DNA from: Octopus vulgaris
Lineage: Eukaryota
Length of the DNA: 64,000 nucleotides
Assembly: GCA_951406725.2 (NCBI GenBank)
Contig: OX597821.1
Location: forward strand, 74,772,001 to 74,836,000
Direction of reading: 5' to 3'
Shown here in pieces: positions 29,690 to 44,268 of the stretch; position 1 is the first letter of the stretch; every line of letters starts with the position of its first letter. Under the pieces are notes generated by a model that saw only the letters and a list, made by a program, of their open reading frames with translations, searched no databases and was not told the origin of the DNA. A program made the translations under genes and the position numbers.

Positions 29690-30610
29690 TTATCAATATC
29701 ACATAATATATGTATATTGTTAAATGCGAGCAGGTTCGATATTTCGCCTGAGAGAGCTCCCTTTAAAGGCGCATAGCTTTAGAAAGAGCAGGATGCTTCA
29801 AAGCACGGCGAAACACGATGGAAGTGAACGGAAACGACAAATATCAATATTTTGCAGTTGTTTTTCTTGAGTGCCGTATTCTCGTCTCGCTTCCAAAACG
29901 AAATCGAATCAAGGAGTGTTTCTGAACTGCTTCTAACACTAAACATACGAACAGACTAAAATCTATTTACTGATTTCCCAAAATGGCGCACGAGTAGATT
30001 AAAATACAAATTTTGAGTCAGAAGCATCTCAATAATATAAACTTTAATGTTAAACGTTCGTAGCTGCGGTATTACGTCTGGAAAGGTTCCCTTTAAAGAT
30101 GTGTAGATCGAGCGTCTATATACACATTAATTCTGGCTTCAGAAGGAAATTTTAAAAACAGTTTGCGAGGAAATATTTTACGATGATCTCCTGTAAAAAA
30201 TTGTTTCTATATTGGATCCTTACTGTGCAAGATTCGTTTCGCGATTCCTTTGAGATATTAAATCTCAAATTTTATATCAGACTATTTTTTAACAAACAAA
30301 GAGGATGATATAGACACAAAAAAATTAACTGAAATAGATAAATAAATATAACATGTAACCATTAAATTCACTTCTAGATTTTATATGAGAAGAGACTAGA
30401 ATTTGATAATTTTGCATTCAATTTTCAATCAAAGGAGATTAAGACATTTCAAGAAACAAAAATTAGATTTTTCAAAACTTTGTCTTGAAAGAACACGTCT
30501 TTTATTCTGGGTTATGGAGTAAAACATTGCGAATAATGACATTGTAAATACAATTTCATACATACATATATACATATGTGGTTGTGTGAGTGTGTGTGTG
30601 TGAAACGTGC

Positions 30611-30641
<31 letters not shown>

Positions 30642-30764
30642 TGTATGTATGTATATATATATATACTTACAAATCTCTCTCTCTTTGTATATACATATAT
30701 ATACATACATACATACATACATACATACATACATACATACATACATACATACATACATTCATAC

Positions 30765-30842
<78 letters not shown>

Positions 30843-31294
30843 ATAAAAATTAATAATTACAAATAATTGGAAATTCCCTCTTTTCCAGCATGCTATGTCA
30901 ATAAATCCTATGTTTGTTGGTTTCGGAAAAGCTGGAACTGATTTTCAAGGATCTTCTTTACACAGATTTTAAATAAGAACACAACACGCCGGACCGTGTA
31001 GCTAATCCTAACCTCGAGTTATTTAGCATGAAGGCCATACAAGACAACACTGAAGGTGTCAATCTCTTATGATCTCCTCCAGAGAAATTCCACCAGATTA
31101 ATACCAGCACATAATCGGTTTAACCTTTGCTAGCACTGGCAGAGCAGTAGTTATAAGAAAAAGTGAAAATAACTCAGAGAAATAAAAAAAAAACAACAAA
31201 TAACATAGGCTGTAAAAGAAAAGCGAAATCATTAAAAACCTACAATGTTATGAAAAACACATAATAAATAAATAAATTTAATACATGAAGTTTA

Positions 31295-31327
<33 letters not shown>

Positions 31328-31394
31328 CATAGAGACAGACATACATACACAAACACACACATATATATATATATTAAACCGAATGTATGTGTAC

Positions 31395-31427
<33 letters not shown>

Positions 31428-33603
31428 CATATTTGTATATATACAAAGATGTGTATATGTGTGTGTGTGTGTATGTATGTGTATTTGCTCAAAAACAGAA
31501 ATATTTTATATTTTTCTAAATTTTTTTGTGAAAATTCATTCGTTGTTTGTTTACTTGCTGACATAGGAATTTGTTGTTTTTTTATAATTTGTTTATTTAT
31601 TTTCTATTTCATCTGTGTATTTTCTTGTCATATTGTCAATCGTTTGCGTATGGCAATAAATTGCCTGCGAATGGCGATCGACATCTTCAAGTGGGTTTCT
31701 TTAAACAGACAAAAGCACGAAATGTAAAAAACAAAAAAAAAACAAAGCAGAAAAACTAAAAAAAAGAAACAAACAAAAAACCACCCCTACACGCCCGCTA
31801 GAAGGTTCAAGCAGTTTCCTCTTTCTCTTCTCATACAAGCAAAGATATGTTTTGTATTTATTTTTTTCAAATTTTTATCTGTTTTGAACATTTTTGTCTT
31901 TTTCGTTATTGCAAGCAGTATTTTTCCGGGTTCGGATGTTGTTGACACGTGGATAGTGAGCTAAGCTGCTCCTTAACTCGACATCTTCGGACAGAGTCGA
32001 CTGTTTCCGTCACTAGCGTCTGTTTAGGCAAGTGCGTTAGTTATCTCATGATAAATTGCACCCACCACCCATTAAGTTATTTTTTTTTTCACTCTGCTCG
32101 AATTTGTTGCACGTGAGTAATTGGTTGTATGTTGAGTTATTGCGATGTACATTCACATGTATGGCACAAAACAATATACGCAAAGTGCAGAGGGAGACGT
32201 GGTCCTCGCTTCGCATTTTTCCCCACCGCGAATACAGTAAAATGATGGAATATAATCCAACAATGACATTCCACTTTGGTTGGTTGGTTGGTGCCTGTGT
32301 TTGTGTAAGTTTGCCCTGCCTCACCCCCTACGACACACTGGTTTCTACGAAATACGTGAAAGGTTAGCACAAATAAGTAAATAAATGTTCCATAACTGAC
32401 AACTTATTGTACCATTTATGAAATAATTGATGATAAAATATACATATTTGCTACAATCTTAAAAACGCTAAAAATATTAAGAAAGAAAATAGTTGTTTCT
32501 AATAAAATTGTTCTTCCCTGCAAACCGATTAAGAGTATTATGGATACTAAGAGAGATTATCCTTTCAAGGAAGTAGTTTTCTTTCCTTTTTAAATCAAAG
32601 GATTTTAAAACAAAAGCAGATAACAGCTCTCTCTTTCTGATTCAGAAGTAGAATAAATTACTTTGTTCAATATATCTGGAAACAAAAGGATAATAGACAT
32701 GACATCGTTCCTATTAGCTGCAGCTAATTGACCGAATATCAGGATCAAACACATGCAAACTATGTCCGGCCGAGAAATGAAAGCATTTCGATTGCGCCAA
32801 TCCAAACAGCTTGATGCAATATGTTAGATCAAAACGTTGAAATTCCGTCCGTTTGTAGTCATATAAATGCATGTTTTCTAAAACAGCACTTCGATTAGAG
32901 ACCAGTTAAGCGTACAAACGGCGTCACCACCTCCATTCATAGGAATCGCTGGCAAGAAGTAACCTCTGACACTAACTGCGATGCAGACACGATTCTGTGT
33001 AGCTGAAGCGGTCCAAACGTTACCAGATGCTTATTCTTCAAAATACCGCCTTTTAGTTATACTGTTATATCCTACTTAAATATAGCAATTGATACTAATA
33101 ACACTATAGTCAAATTCTGACAAAATGGAAAAATGCAATGACTGGTTTTGAAAAGAAACTGTGATAGGAAAATTGTTTTAGAAGTTTTTAATGCAACAGG
33201 TGCAAATTGATGAAATTTGACCAATAAATGCCCAACAATATTTTGGTCGCAGTCTTGTGTTACCTTTAGTGCTGATGTATAAGACTATACGTGCAAGAAG
33301 GCGCATTCATATAAAAAATACTTATGTCTATAATCGAATGTGTAAACATGTGTGCGTATGCGTATGTATTCTCGAAAATATGCACATGTACACACACATG
33401 CACACACACCCACTCACACACACCCACCCACTCACACACACACCCACTCACACACACACCCACTTACACACACACACACGTCTATTTTTATGTTCAATTA
33501 TAATAAAAACAATTTTAAATTTCATTAGATGGGTTAATCGATAATTTTGTAGTGTATGAATTTATTATACTTAAACAAGAATATTATTGAGAGTGACTCC
33601 TAA

Positions 33604-33643
33604 GTCCAACAATGGCCTAACTGGCCGAAACTTTGAGGTCACT
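33604..33643 (+). ncRNA. Decayed hammerhead-like motif between 34-bp inverted repeats
   Basis: agt-ccaacaa-tggcc-taact-ggcc-GAAAC-tttgag-GTC-act; the 5' core is mutated. Confidence 0.4.
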
Positions 33644-33680
33644 ATCAATAATATTTTTGTTTAAGAATAATGTCTATCTA

Positions 33681-33774
<94 letters not shown>

Positions 33775-34249
33775 TATATACATCTGTGTGCGTGGGTAAT
33801 GGGAGTAAACGAAAATACGAACGTAAAATGGATTGAAGTCGCGATTTTTTTCACCACAAGGAGAATTAATTTAGCGGATCAAAAATGATAACTGGAAATT
33901 AAAATTTCAATTAGCTGCTGGGGATATCTCATTAAGGGACACTTATGTTCATGTTATATGCTGCTTTTTTTTGTCTCTAAACATAAATCCTGCAAAACAT
34001 TTATCCAGGGAACGGGAAATTGCTTTGGTGTCTAAAGTGTAAGGTACGCTTTGACTTGTAAGTTATAATTTCAAACGATTTAACCCAATTGGCAGATTAT
34101 CGAATACAGCTGCAGTCGCTCTTGATGATAAGACATAACAGGTGAAGATAGATTTCTTTATTAAGCCACGAAGGGCTGAACACACAGGTGAAAATACAAT
34201 GTAGAATCGTCCCCTCCGTTTTCAGCCCGTCGTGGCTTACAGTTTAGAA

Positions 34250-34487
34250 ATATTGGTTTAAAAATTTCGGGACAAGACCAGCAATTCTTTTAGGGGTGGG
34301 TGAAAGGGTCTGCTCGATTAGATCGGCCCCAGCTCTCAACTGGTACTTATTTTATCGAGCCCGAAAGGTATGAAAAGTAAAGTCGACCTAGGCGGAATTT
34401 AAACTTAAAGACGGTCGAAACTTAGAATGTAAAGACGGCTACCAAGCGTTTTTACCTGTATGCTAAAGATTCTGCCAGCTTGCCGCC
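34250..34487 (-). mobile_element. SINE family A, diverged
   Basis: Family A motifs. Confidence 0.75.
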
Positions 34488-34497
34488 TTTCAATTGG

Positions 34498-35197
34498 TAC
34501 ATTCTTTACATTATTTACATTTGACGGATATTTGTCCTCATCTTGTTTGTTGATACAAAAGATGTGTGGCCCATATGACATCAGGACAGTATTCAAGAGT
34601 AATACAACACTTCGCAAATACCTCCTTCGAGTAAAACCACCAATAGAACAGAATCTGACCTAGAACTGCGTGTACTCCATCCCATGCAGCTGTGGTAGGT
34701 TATACAAAGGCGAAACCTGCCGCCCCTCAACATAAGGGTAGGCAAGCATCACAAAGCTGTGACACGAGGAGATATTGATAAACCGGGTATAGATGATCAT
34801 GTGTGGAAAAACGGAAACCACCTTCCCCTGTGGACGAAATTAAAATAATAGACAGAGAACTCCACTTGAAAATACGAAAACTAAAAGAAGCAGCACATAT
34901 GCTAGGACACAACAACCTCCTAAACAGACCGAGTGCAGATATGAACAGCATTTGGGAACCGGTATTAAGGAACGATAGGAAAATATTAGATTTATAAGCC
35001 CTAAAATTCACTCCATAATTGCCCACGGGGATATGGCGTAGTGTTTAAGAGCGCGGGCTACTAACCACAAGATTCCGAGTTCGATCCCAGGCAGTGACCT
35101 GAATAACAGTAATAACATCGAATAATACCTTATGAATAAGATTTCGAAATTTCACCAAAACAGCGGACAAATATCCGTCAAATGTAAATAATGTACA
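34498..35197 (+). mobile_element. 5'-truncated Penelope-like element: GIY-YIG remnant, pseudo-LTR, inverted tail at the 5' end
   Basis: NCVYSIPCSCGRLYKGETCR...DEIKIIDRE...RKLKEAAHM; the 5' end (34498-34553) contains the reverse complement of the 3' tail (ggacaaatatccgtcaaatgtaaataatgta). Confidence 0.85.
35027..35099 (+). other. tRNA-derived Pol III promoter segment inside the PLE 3' region; not a functional tRNA
   Basis: A box tggcgtagtgt; B box gagttcgatcc; acceptor and anticodon stems do not close. Confidence 0.6.
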
Positions 35198-35825
35198 TGT
35201 CTTAAGTATACAAGTGTATTAAGATGAAATGTTTAAACCACAAGAAAATTTTATGTTAGCAATTGCTAAGTTATAAGAAAAGAAAAATGCTTCAACGAGA
35301 TCTGTGAATGATTTGGGTTGTAAGTTACTTTTTTTTTGCAATGATGGCGAAAGTAAAGGACAGGATTACGTTTAATAAACTTAGACTGTGTGGTAGATCT
35401 TTTAATGTTGAATTGCTATCTTCTCTTTCAAATTTAATTAACTAATTTCTTCATGCTGAAGTTACATAGAAACACAAAATTTAGGATCTTGAGCAGAAAG
35501 TTGATCTTTGTATTAATGAGTCACAATCACTGCTCAATTTGGCTGACATTTTCTTTCTTTCTTTCTTAATCTGGTCTGCTGCTCTATCCAGGATTTTTTT
35601 CCCCTCTCTCTCTTATTCTTCCCTTTCCCTCCCTTATTTAGTCACTCTTTATTTTTCTCTCTCTCTCTCACCCGTTGAGTCTCTGTTTGTTCAGCTTGGA
35701 ATGAAGATTTTAAATTTACAGGTTTACAACACGTTAGCTGATATTCTCACTTAAAAACACCAATATGTTTGTAAACATGTGCTGACAGTCATGTTTAAAT
35801 ATGCACACACGCGCACACACACACA

Positions 35826-35878
<53 letters not shown>

Positions 35879-36329
35879 TTCTATTCAACTATACTTATAT
35901 ACCCAGTTGCACACATATGTACATATAATCCTGTATCATTAAACAATGATACGAACAGGTTTCTCTCACAAACATCTGATTAGCGATATATTTATTCTGC
36001 CCTTGACTAATTCCCGCTAAGTTATATGTAAATACTAAATAGATTTTTCAGGTTACTACTCATTTTCTTAACCTAAGGTTTTTGTTGAATTGTAGCAAGA
36101 TAGAATACGTTGCTTATTATGTATTTATCTATTTAATTGTTTAGTTTTGCACTCTACTGGCTGGAAGCTTTGCAGAACTGAACTTCTCATGATCGGGCTA
36201 TTTAACAGATCTATTTGGGCGAGTAAAACTACACAGAAAATGCTCCGGGCTCTTTGCTCCAGTGTCGTTGCAAAAATATTACTGTTAGGTTCAATGAAAC
36301 ACTCGCTAATTATGCAGTGTTTCCACTGT

Positions 36330-36656
36330 TTACTCTCTTTTTAATCTTTTACTTGTTTCAGTCATTTGACTGTGGCCATGCTGGAGCACCGCCTTTAGTC
36401 GAGCAAATCGACCCCAGGACTTATTCTTTGGAAGCCTAGTACTTATTCTATCGATCTCTTTTTGCTAAGTTACGGTGACGTAAACACACCAGCATCGGTT
36501 GTCAAGCGATGTTGGGCAGGAGGGGACAAACACAGATACACAAACTTTGGCCGGCTTTGGTAGAAGACACATGCCCAAGGTGCCATGCAGTGGGACTGAA
36601 ACCGGAACCTTGTGGCTGGTAAGCAAGCTACTTACCACACAGCCACTCCTGCGCCT
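36330..36656 (-). mobile_element. SINE family B, internally deleted
   Basis: Head and tail motifs present. Confidence 0.85.
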
Positions 36657-38956
36657 ATGTTTATTTTATAGATAAAACATTATTCTTTTCACACTTATCT
36701 GACTGAGTGGATAGTTTAGGGAAATCGACCGATTCTGTGATGAAACACTAAAAATGTGAAAATCTAAGTTTTCGTAGCGTACAACCCGAAGCCAAAATAT
36801 TGTTACATGAATATGTAATACTTGAAATTACACGGGGAGACGAGTGGCAGAATTGGTAGATTGTAAGGTAAAGTCCTTTGTGGTATTTGATGTAGATCTT
36901 TATTCCTAAGGAATGTTTTTTATTTCATTGTTCTTGGGTGGAGAATTATCCTCAAGATGTCGTCGTCAGATATCGTACGACAACGAAAGTCATTAATCGC
37001 GAGTTCTTCAGCTGTATTGTCACTCTTGTCCAACCAGCTCTTGACTTTGTCCATTCATTGAATTCTTTGCCTGCATACTTGATCTACAGCCTTCCACTCT
37101 TCTGTCCATGATAATGTTTTCCAAACTTGTACCTCTTCGAATATGGCTATAATAGGTAAGTTTTTTTGCTTTTTACAATGTTCATAACTCCATCAAGTAC
37201 AAGGGTCGATATAATCTCCCTCAAATTTGCGATAGTCTTAGAAATAGGTTAGGAATAAATATATTGAACCATTTGCTATTTTTATCCATCTCTTATTTGC
37301 ACTACTGCAATATGGCATATGTGGTTTCCAGAAAAGCTAGCCTCGCATCCCTGGCGTTTGGTAATTCTCTTGGCAGTTCTCATTCAAAGCAATTGGGATT
37401 CTTCAAATCAAACAGAGTATAGTTTTATCAGAGAATATGAACAAAATATTACAAAGAAATGTGGGTCTATAGCCTTCAAAATAAAGAATTATATATATGT
37501 GGCTTGTATTTATGCATAAATTAAATAAATGAAGGCAAATTTGTTTTAACTTAATTTGGTATCGCTACCTAATATCGATTATAATGTAAGAGTTTACAGT
37601 ATTTATCTATTAGTTAAACGTATATACATAGTGGTGCGCCATATTTACTCTAAAATTCAAAAGGGCGAAATTATCCCACGAGCGCCGTTTGTGAACATGC
37701 AAGGAGAGTTGAACCAAATTTCAGTGATATTCGACAAATCTTCGGGATTCACTAATATCTTCTTCCTAAAACGAATCTTCACAATTTGCAAAATAACAAC
37801 GAATTGATTCGATTCCAAAATACCAAAAAAGATCCTCGTATGGCATAACTTAGCAAGTCTAAATACATATGCAGACGACTCTTACATAAATTCTTAAACC
37901 GTACGCAATTGCTGGTACTCTAGTAATCCCGTAAATCTTATTTAATCAGCTCTATACATTTTATGGTGCATGAGGTTCTAATCAAAATTTCTCACGTTTT
38001 CTGACAGATCAAAAGTTTGACATGAATTCTTAACTTGGCGCCACAGAAATAGTATAAAACTAACAAGACACATGAAAATATTTGATGAATGTTTTTATTT
38101 CTATTTCCGTTGCTATGTTGTTAGATTTTTATGATATTGTAAGATTTGTTAAAGATTTCAGTTAAATCGGTCACTTCCCTGAATAGTTAAGGTTGTTTAA
38201 GGCACAATACTTGAACTAATTTCGAAATGTCAACGATTTCCATTAAGCCATTGATTTCGTTCTCCGATTAACACTGTTAAATATATACACACATACAGAT
38301 GCACACATATACACACACACGCACACATACATACTTATACACACATACATATGCACACACACACATACACACACATGCATATATGCGTGTGTTTGTGTTT
38401 ATATATATATGTGTGTGTATGTGTGTATAGGAAAATTTAGAAAATGGAGATGTAGCATTAATAGAGCGTATTATCCGAAAAAATCCAACATCTCTTACAG
38501 GTGTTTCAGTTTAACCTAAATATTAAATTACAATAATTAAATTACTGTATTAGGCAATCTGTATATCTATGTATGTATATATATATGTATGTATATATAT
38601 ATGTATGTATTTATGTATGTATGTATGCATAAAATTAGTAAGGTAGAGGCATAAGTCTACTGCTATAGTTATAAAAATATAACAAATATTTGCAGTCACT
38701 CAAGTGCATACATCAACACATACACCCCACCCATACCACGCACACACATACACAGACACAGACACACTGACAGGCACATACCACACACACACACATACAC
38801 AAACACACACGCAGGCACATGCATAAATCACATACTCGCTCTCACCACATTTGTGTATATAATTGCAAAAAAGTTAAGGTATATGAAGGTGTATATCAGA
38901 AATTTTGAAATATTAGGACAATAAATTTCTACAACATACCGGAAACATGAGGGAGG

Positions 38957-39022
<66 letters not shown>

Positions 39023-39143
39023 TGAGAGAGAAGGATGGCGACTGTGCCGTGTTTCTATTTAAATTATTAAAGTTTGTAGGCATGTATTTGGGGATGTGTA
39101 TACACAAATATCATACATTCACATACGTTTATGTGTGCGAGTT

Positions 39144-39182
<39 letters not shown>

Positions 39183-39393
39183 TGTACTATTCATGTTAAT
39201 ATATATATCTGTGGTTATGCGAGTTTCTAAAGATGTGAACGTCTCAGATCGCGGCTATAAAATGTCTATCTTGCACGTAGACAGACTTTACCGTTACACG
39301 TGACATTGACACGGAAGATTAATTTGGGATGTTAAAGAAAACAACCAAACAGAACAAAACATCATAAACAACAAAATCAATAAATAAAAGGCA

Positions 39394-39433
<40 letters not shown>

Positions 39434-40579
39434 CGGAAGACCATTACTGATAACATCGGGGGGTAAACTTCACAGATGAAAACTTTTCCATAGCAGGGTC
39501 TTAACTTTTACAGGAGAAATCAAGCAAATAGTAAGGGTGCATTTAAAGGGCCGAGCTAAATTGATAATCATCTAAATGTAGTTACACACATACACACGCA
39601 TGCGCATTCAGAATCATGTAAACACGTGCAAAACACTTTTCATATCGCATGTTCAACGAAACATCGAAATCATTATAAGAACTTCAAAATAATGTGGTAT
39701 ATCATCCGTTTCCCTCACTGAGGGACTCGTAATTGCCAAAGAAATGATAGATTGTAATATGCGCCTTGTAAGTAGAAATTTCAAATCTGTCGCAGGATCT
39801 CCATTATGTTTCAGGTCGGTCATTTATCTATTAAAGCGACGACGATTCAGTAGGATATTTTTGAGGTCCAGATTAAATGCCTCATTATACTAAAGCTAAA
39901 TTATTTTTCATAGACAAGAAATGAAATATTTCTTGTGTCATGTTTTTCATTTCTCGTCTTTTTGTGTACCATGTTCTCCATGTTTTGTCTTTGTTGCCGT
40001 ACAAATTCGCTAGCTTTCTTACAAAGACGGCTAATGCTCTTAGCATAGACTTGGGGACGGGGGCAACTAGATCGAACCGTCTCAAGTATAACTGCCCGAA
40101 ACTGTCGTAACTTCTGGGACTTGATTGAGGAAAGGCCACGAATGACTCGGCGACGTTACTCCGCGGTTTCTCTTGGAATCGGTTATGTGAAGGGACCAAA
40201 AAAGGATTATTCATATTACAGCTGAACCAAGACCGTTATCACCTTCCTTGTCCACATCAGAACAAAGAAATATATAAATATCAACTTGAATGTTAGTGCT
40301 ACCAAAGTTAGTTTTACCAATGATATACCAGTATCTGTTTAAGAAAGTGTTGCTTGATTTGTTTCATGTCGTGGAAACTGATGTTGAGAAATGGATTTCA
40401 AAAGGCAAAAGCTGTTAGAAAGCCTTTATATTAGGAAACACCCAGTTTGCACGTTGCCTATTTTGGAATTCTGTTTGAATATTGGTTTAGAAGTATTTTC
40501 AAAACGCTTTATTAAGATTTCCTCTCTGTGTGACGTAACCTAGGCACACACTCGGCAAATTATCTAGATAACGTGTATG

Positions 40580-40621
<42 letters not shown>

Positions 40622-40736
40622 TGGATGAATGAATTATCCTTTGTTTGCAGTTAACACGGAAAATTCAATAAACAGTTACCAGGGTGGCAAAAATTCACGC
40701 AAGTAATGTCTTGTTGAGATAGGTTCTCTTTCTTTC

Positions 40737-40812
40737 CTGATGAGAAGATTACATTATTTTACACCGTTTATTCCTTTGGAATAAAACCAATGTTGTCTTC
40801 AAAACATATATA
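40737..40812 (+). ncRNA. Decayed hammerhead motif with long stem II, 3'-truncated by microsatellite
   Basis: CTGATGA-gaagattacatt...aatgttgtcttc-aAAAC-atat; G12 is A. Confidence 0.5.
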
Positions 40813-40882
40813 TACTTATATATACATACAAATATACATACATACAAACATGCATACATACATACATACATACATACATACA

Positions 40883-40955
<73 letters not shown>

Positions 40956-41308
40956 GAACAAAAACGCAATAGAGTACATTAAAACATTCGGACAGATAGA
41001 CGATACAACGCGGACATGAGAAACAAGATTTCGAAGGAGAGGCAAAAAAAGACGGTTCATTCGTGGACTTTTCTCAGTCAAGTCCCAGAAGTCACGGCAG
41101 TTTCAGGCAGTTACACTTGAGACGGTTCGATCTGGTCGTCCCCCATAAAGTCTAAGCTAAGAGCATTAGACGTCCTTGTAAGAAGGAAAAATGAAGAACA
41201 TGGTACGCAATTACGGATACAAACAACAAGAAAATAGCAATAGGTGTCTTTCGACTGAGAACGAATGAAATTGAGCTGGAGTATATTAAGGGAAAGCCCA
41301 AAGACAGG

Positions 41309-41341
<33 letters not shown>

Positions 41342-41346
41342 GAGGA

Positions 41347-41416
<70 letters not shown>

Positions 41417-41591
41417 CAACAACTATTGAAGAGGTTGCAAGAAGCAACGAAAATATTAGAAAAAAATAATTAAATAAATAAATGAGTGGAAATTGAACCG
41501 GTGAGTGTGTTAATTAATAAGGCATTAAAACAAAATAACTCGCCCCACGCACATTATATAAATATATATATAATACACACACACACACACA

Positions 41592-41641
<50 letters not shown>

Positions 41642-41964
41642 ACACATGCACACACACATACGTATGTACCTGCACGCCTGGAGGACTACGTTGCGTAGAA
41701 ACAATTGTAGTGATTGAAAATAAATGTCCAACCGTACTGCTTCTTGTTGATTCCAGTTTTTTTAATTATCTATTCACACAAGGCAGATGCCCAAACGCAA
41801 ATCTGGAAGCAGAGGGAGAAATCTGAAGGTGGACGAGGCTTTATACTGTACACTATTCTTAACAGAATATACCATAACTATATATATATATATATATATA
41901 CACACACATTTAAATGCATGTGTATAAAAGTGTGCGTGTTTGTGAGTGTTTATGTATATGTATG

Positions 41965-42024
<60 letters not shown>

Positions 42025-42029
42025 CAAAG

Positions 42030-42992
42030 AAGGTGAAGTCAATAGCAAAGTAAAATGCATTTGAATTATTGGCTGATAGGTGGGAATAAAACCTCTGCAT
42101 GGAAAATATGTGGCCCGTAGGAAACAGGCTCATGTAGATCAGAAGCATACCCATCAGTGGCTACGAAGCTGAGGGCTAAAGATAGAGAGTGAAGGCTTTA
42201 TTTTGGCTGCCGAAGGTCAGAGTTTATTGACCCGGAACTATCAAGCCAATGTGATGAAAATGATGTAGACCCAGAGTACCGATACTGCAACGAGGAGATT
42301 GAAACTGTGGACTATCTAATCTCTGAGTATAAGGTTGTAGCACCGGTAGATTATTCGTCAAGACATATCAGAGTTGGCCAATATCTACATATAATGTCGG
42401 CATTATAAAATCAAAGCTGCTGACAATTGGTACAAGCATCACCCTGAGACTGTAACAGAGGGAGAAAATGTAACGATTGTTTGGAAATTGTCCAGTACAT
42501 ACAGGAAATAAAGGAGATATGGTTGTGAAAGGCCAAGACAATAAAGTCTGCTTATAGATTGATAGGAGCATTCTTTGGGATCATGATTTCTCGGCAAGAG
42601 AATTTGATAAACTCAGAAAATATAAATATTTGCTGACTGAAATGGAAAAATGTGGCATCTCAAGACTGTTACAATACCAGTGATTGTAGAAGAACTTTTG
42701 AATAATCAAAAGACGAACTGGAAATTATTTGAGGACAATACCCGGCTTACCATTCAAGCTGGAAGAGCGAAAGATAGTCTTAACTGGAAAGTCACACGTA
42801 TTGAGAAGAGCATTTCTTTTATTCCTTCTTTCCTTTTCTCTCCGTCTTTCTTTGCCTCTTTTTGTATCGCATGACATCGTAAACGAACAATTTTGTGCGT
42901 TTATTTTAATGGCTTGCCAATGTATACATTGAGTTTCTTTGTCCTAGATGTTGGGAAGATACTCGGCAAGAAATGGAAAGAAAATTGTCAGA
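42030..42992 (+). mobile_element. Dong/R4 non-LTR retrotransposon, 3' fragment (restriction-like endonuclease), degenerate
   Basis: WYKHHPETVTEGENVTI, MWHLKTVTIPVIV; 3' end runs into (CAA/TAA)n. Confidence 0.8.
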
Positions 42993-43018
42993 AGATAACA
43001 ACAACAACAACAACAGCA

Positions 43019-43087
<69 letters not shown>

Positions 43088-43121
43088 TTAATAATAATAC
43101 AAAGTAAAAGATTATTATTAC

Positions 43122-43200
<79 letters not shown>

Positions 43201-43203
43201 GTT

Positions 43204-43841
43204 ATCTTTTTTCTTCTTCTTTCAAATTTGCTTCCATTTCTTGCCGAGTGTCTTCCCGACTCCTAGGGCAAAGAAACTCATAGTATACATTGGTAGGCCA
43301 TTAAACTAAACTCACTAGTTCGTTCATTTTTTTTTAAAGTTAAATTAAAATACATGGGTAGTAATAGTTCTCACATCGACAATGCTCTTTTCAATACGTG
43401 TGATGTACCAGTTAAGACAATCTTTTGCACTTCTTGCAGGGATGGTAAGCCAGGGATCATTCTCATATAATTTTCGGTTCCCTTCTTGATCATTCCTAGT
43501 GCTCCTACGATCACTGGTATTGTAACCGCCTTGAGATGCCACATTTTCTCAATTTCAATGAGCAGGTCTTTATATTTTCTGAGCTTGTCAAACTCTTTCG
43601 CCGAGATATTATGATCACAGGGGATGCTCATGTCGATCAATAAGCAAACTTTATTGTATTGGTCTTTCACAACAATATCCGGTTTATTGGCTTTGATGGT
43701 TCGGTCTGTATGTACTTGGAAGTCCCACAGAATGGTTACATTTTCTCCTTCAGTTACAGCTTCAGGGTGGTGATTATACCACTTGTCGGCAGTTTTGATA
43801 TTGTAATGCCGACTTATTAGCCAGTGTAGATATTGGCCAAC

Positions 43842-43842
<1 letters not shown>
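43204..43842 (-). mobile_element. Dong/R4 non-LTR retrotransposon, 3' fragment
   Basis: NKPDIVVKDQYNKVCLLIDMSIP...KLRKYKDL...IPVIVGALG; (TTA)n on both sides. Confidence 0.88.
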
Positions 43843-43911
<69 letters not shown>

Positions 43912-44192
43912 CCAGGTCCCTGCCTGGTATCGAATTCAGAATCTTGGCGATAGTAGCCCGTGGGCAATTATGGAATGAATTTTAGGGCTTATAAACCTAT
44001 TTTTTATTCCTATCCTTCCTTAATACTGATCATATATAGAAAATCGCTGATCATATATAGAAAAATGGAGACTACCTGCCCCTGTGGGATGAAGTTAAAA
44101 TAATAGACAGAGAACACCACTGGAAATACGAAAACTAAAAGAAGCAGCACATATGCTACGACACAACAACCTCCTAAGCAGACCGAGTGCAG

Positions 44193-44268
<76 letters not shown>

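Noticed and set aside
35027-35099. Functional tRNA gene (also the heads at 21079 and 23577)
   Set aside because: Cloverleaf stems do not close and the sequences continue into repeat bodies.
40020-41180. Complete hammerhead in the inverted repeat pair 40020-40150 / 41050-41180
   Set aside because: gggca/tgccc-GAAAC-tgtc-GTA is present but no CUGANGA-like core or stem I is recognisable; counted only as a fragment.
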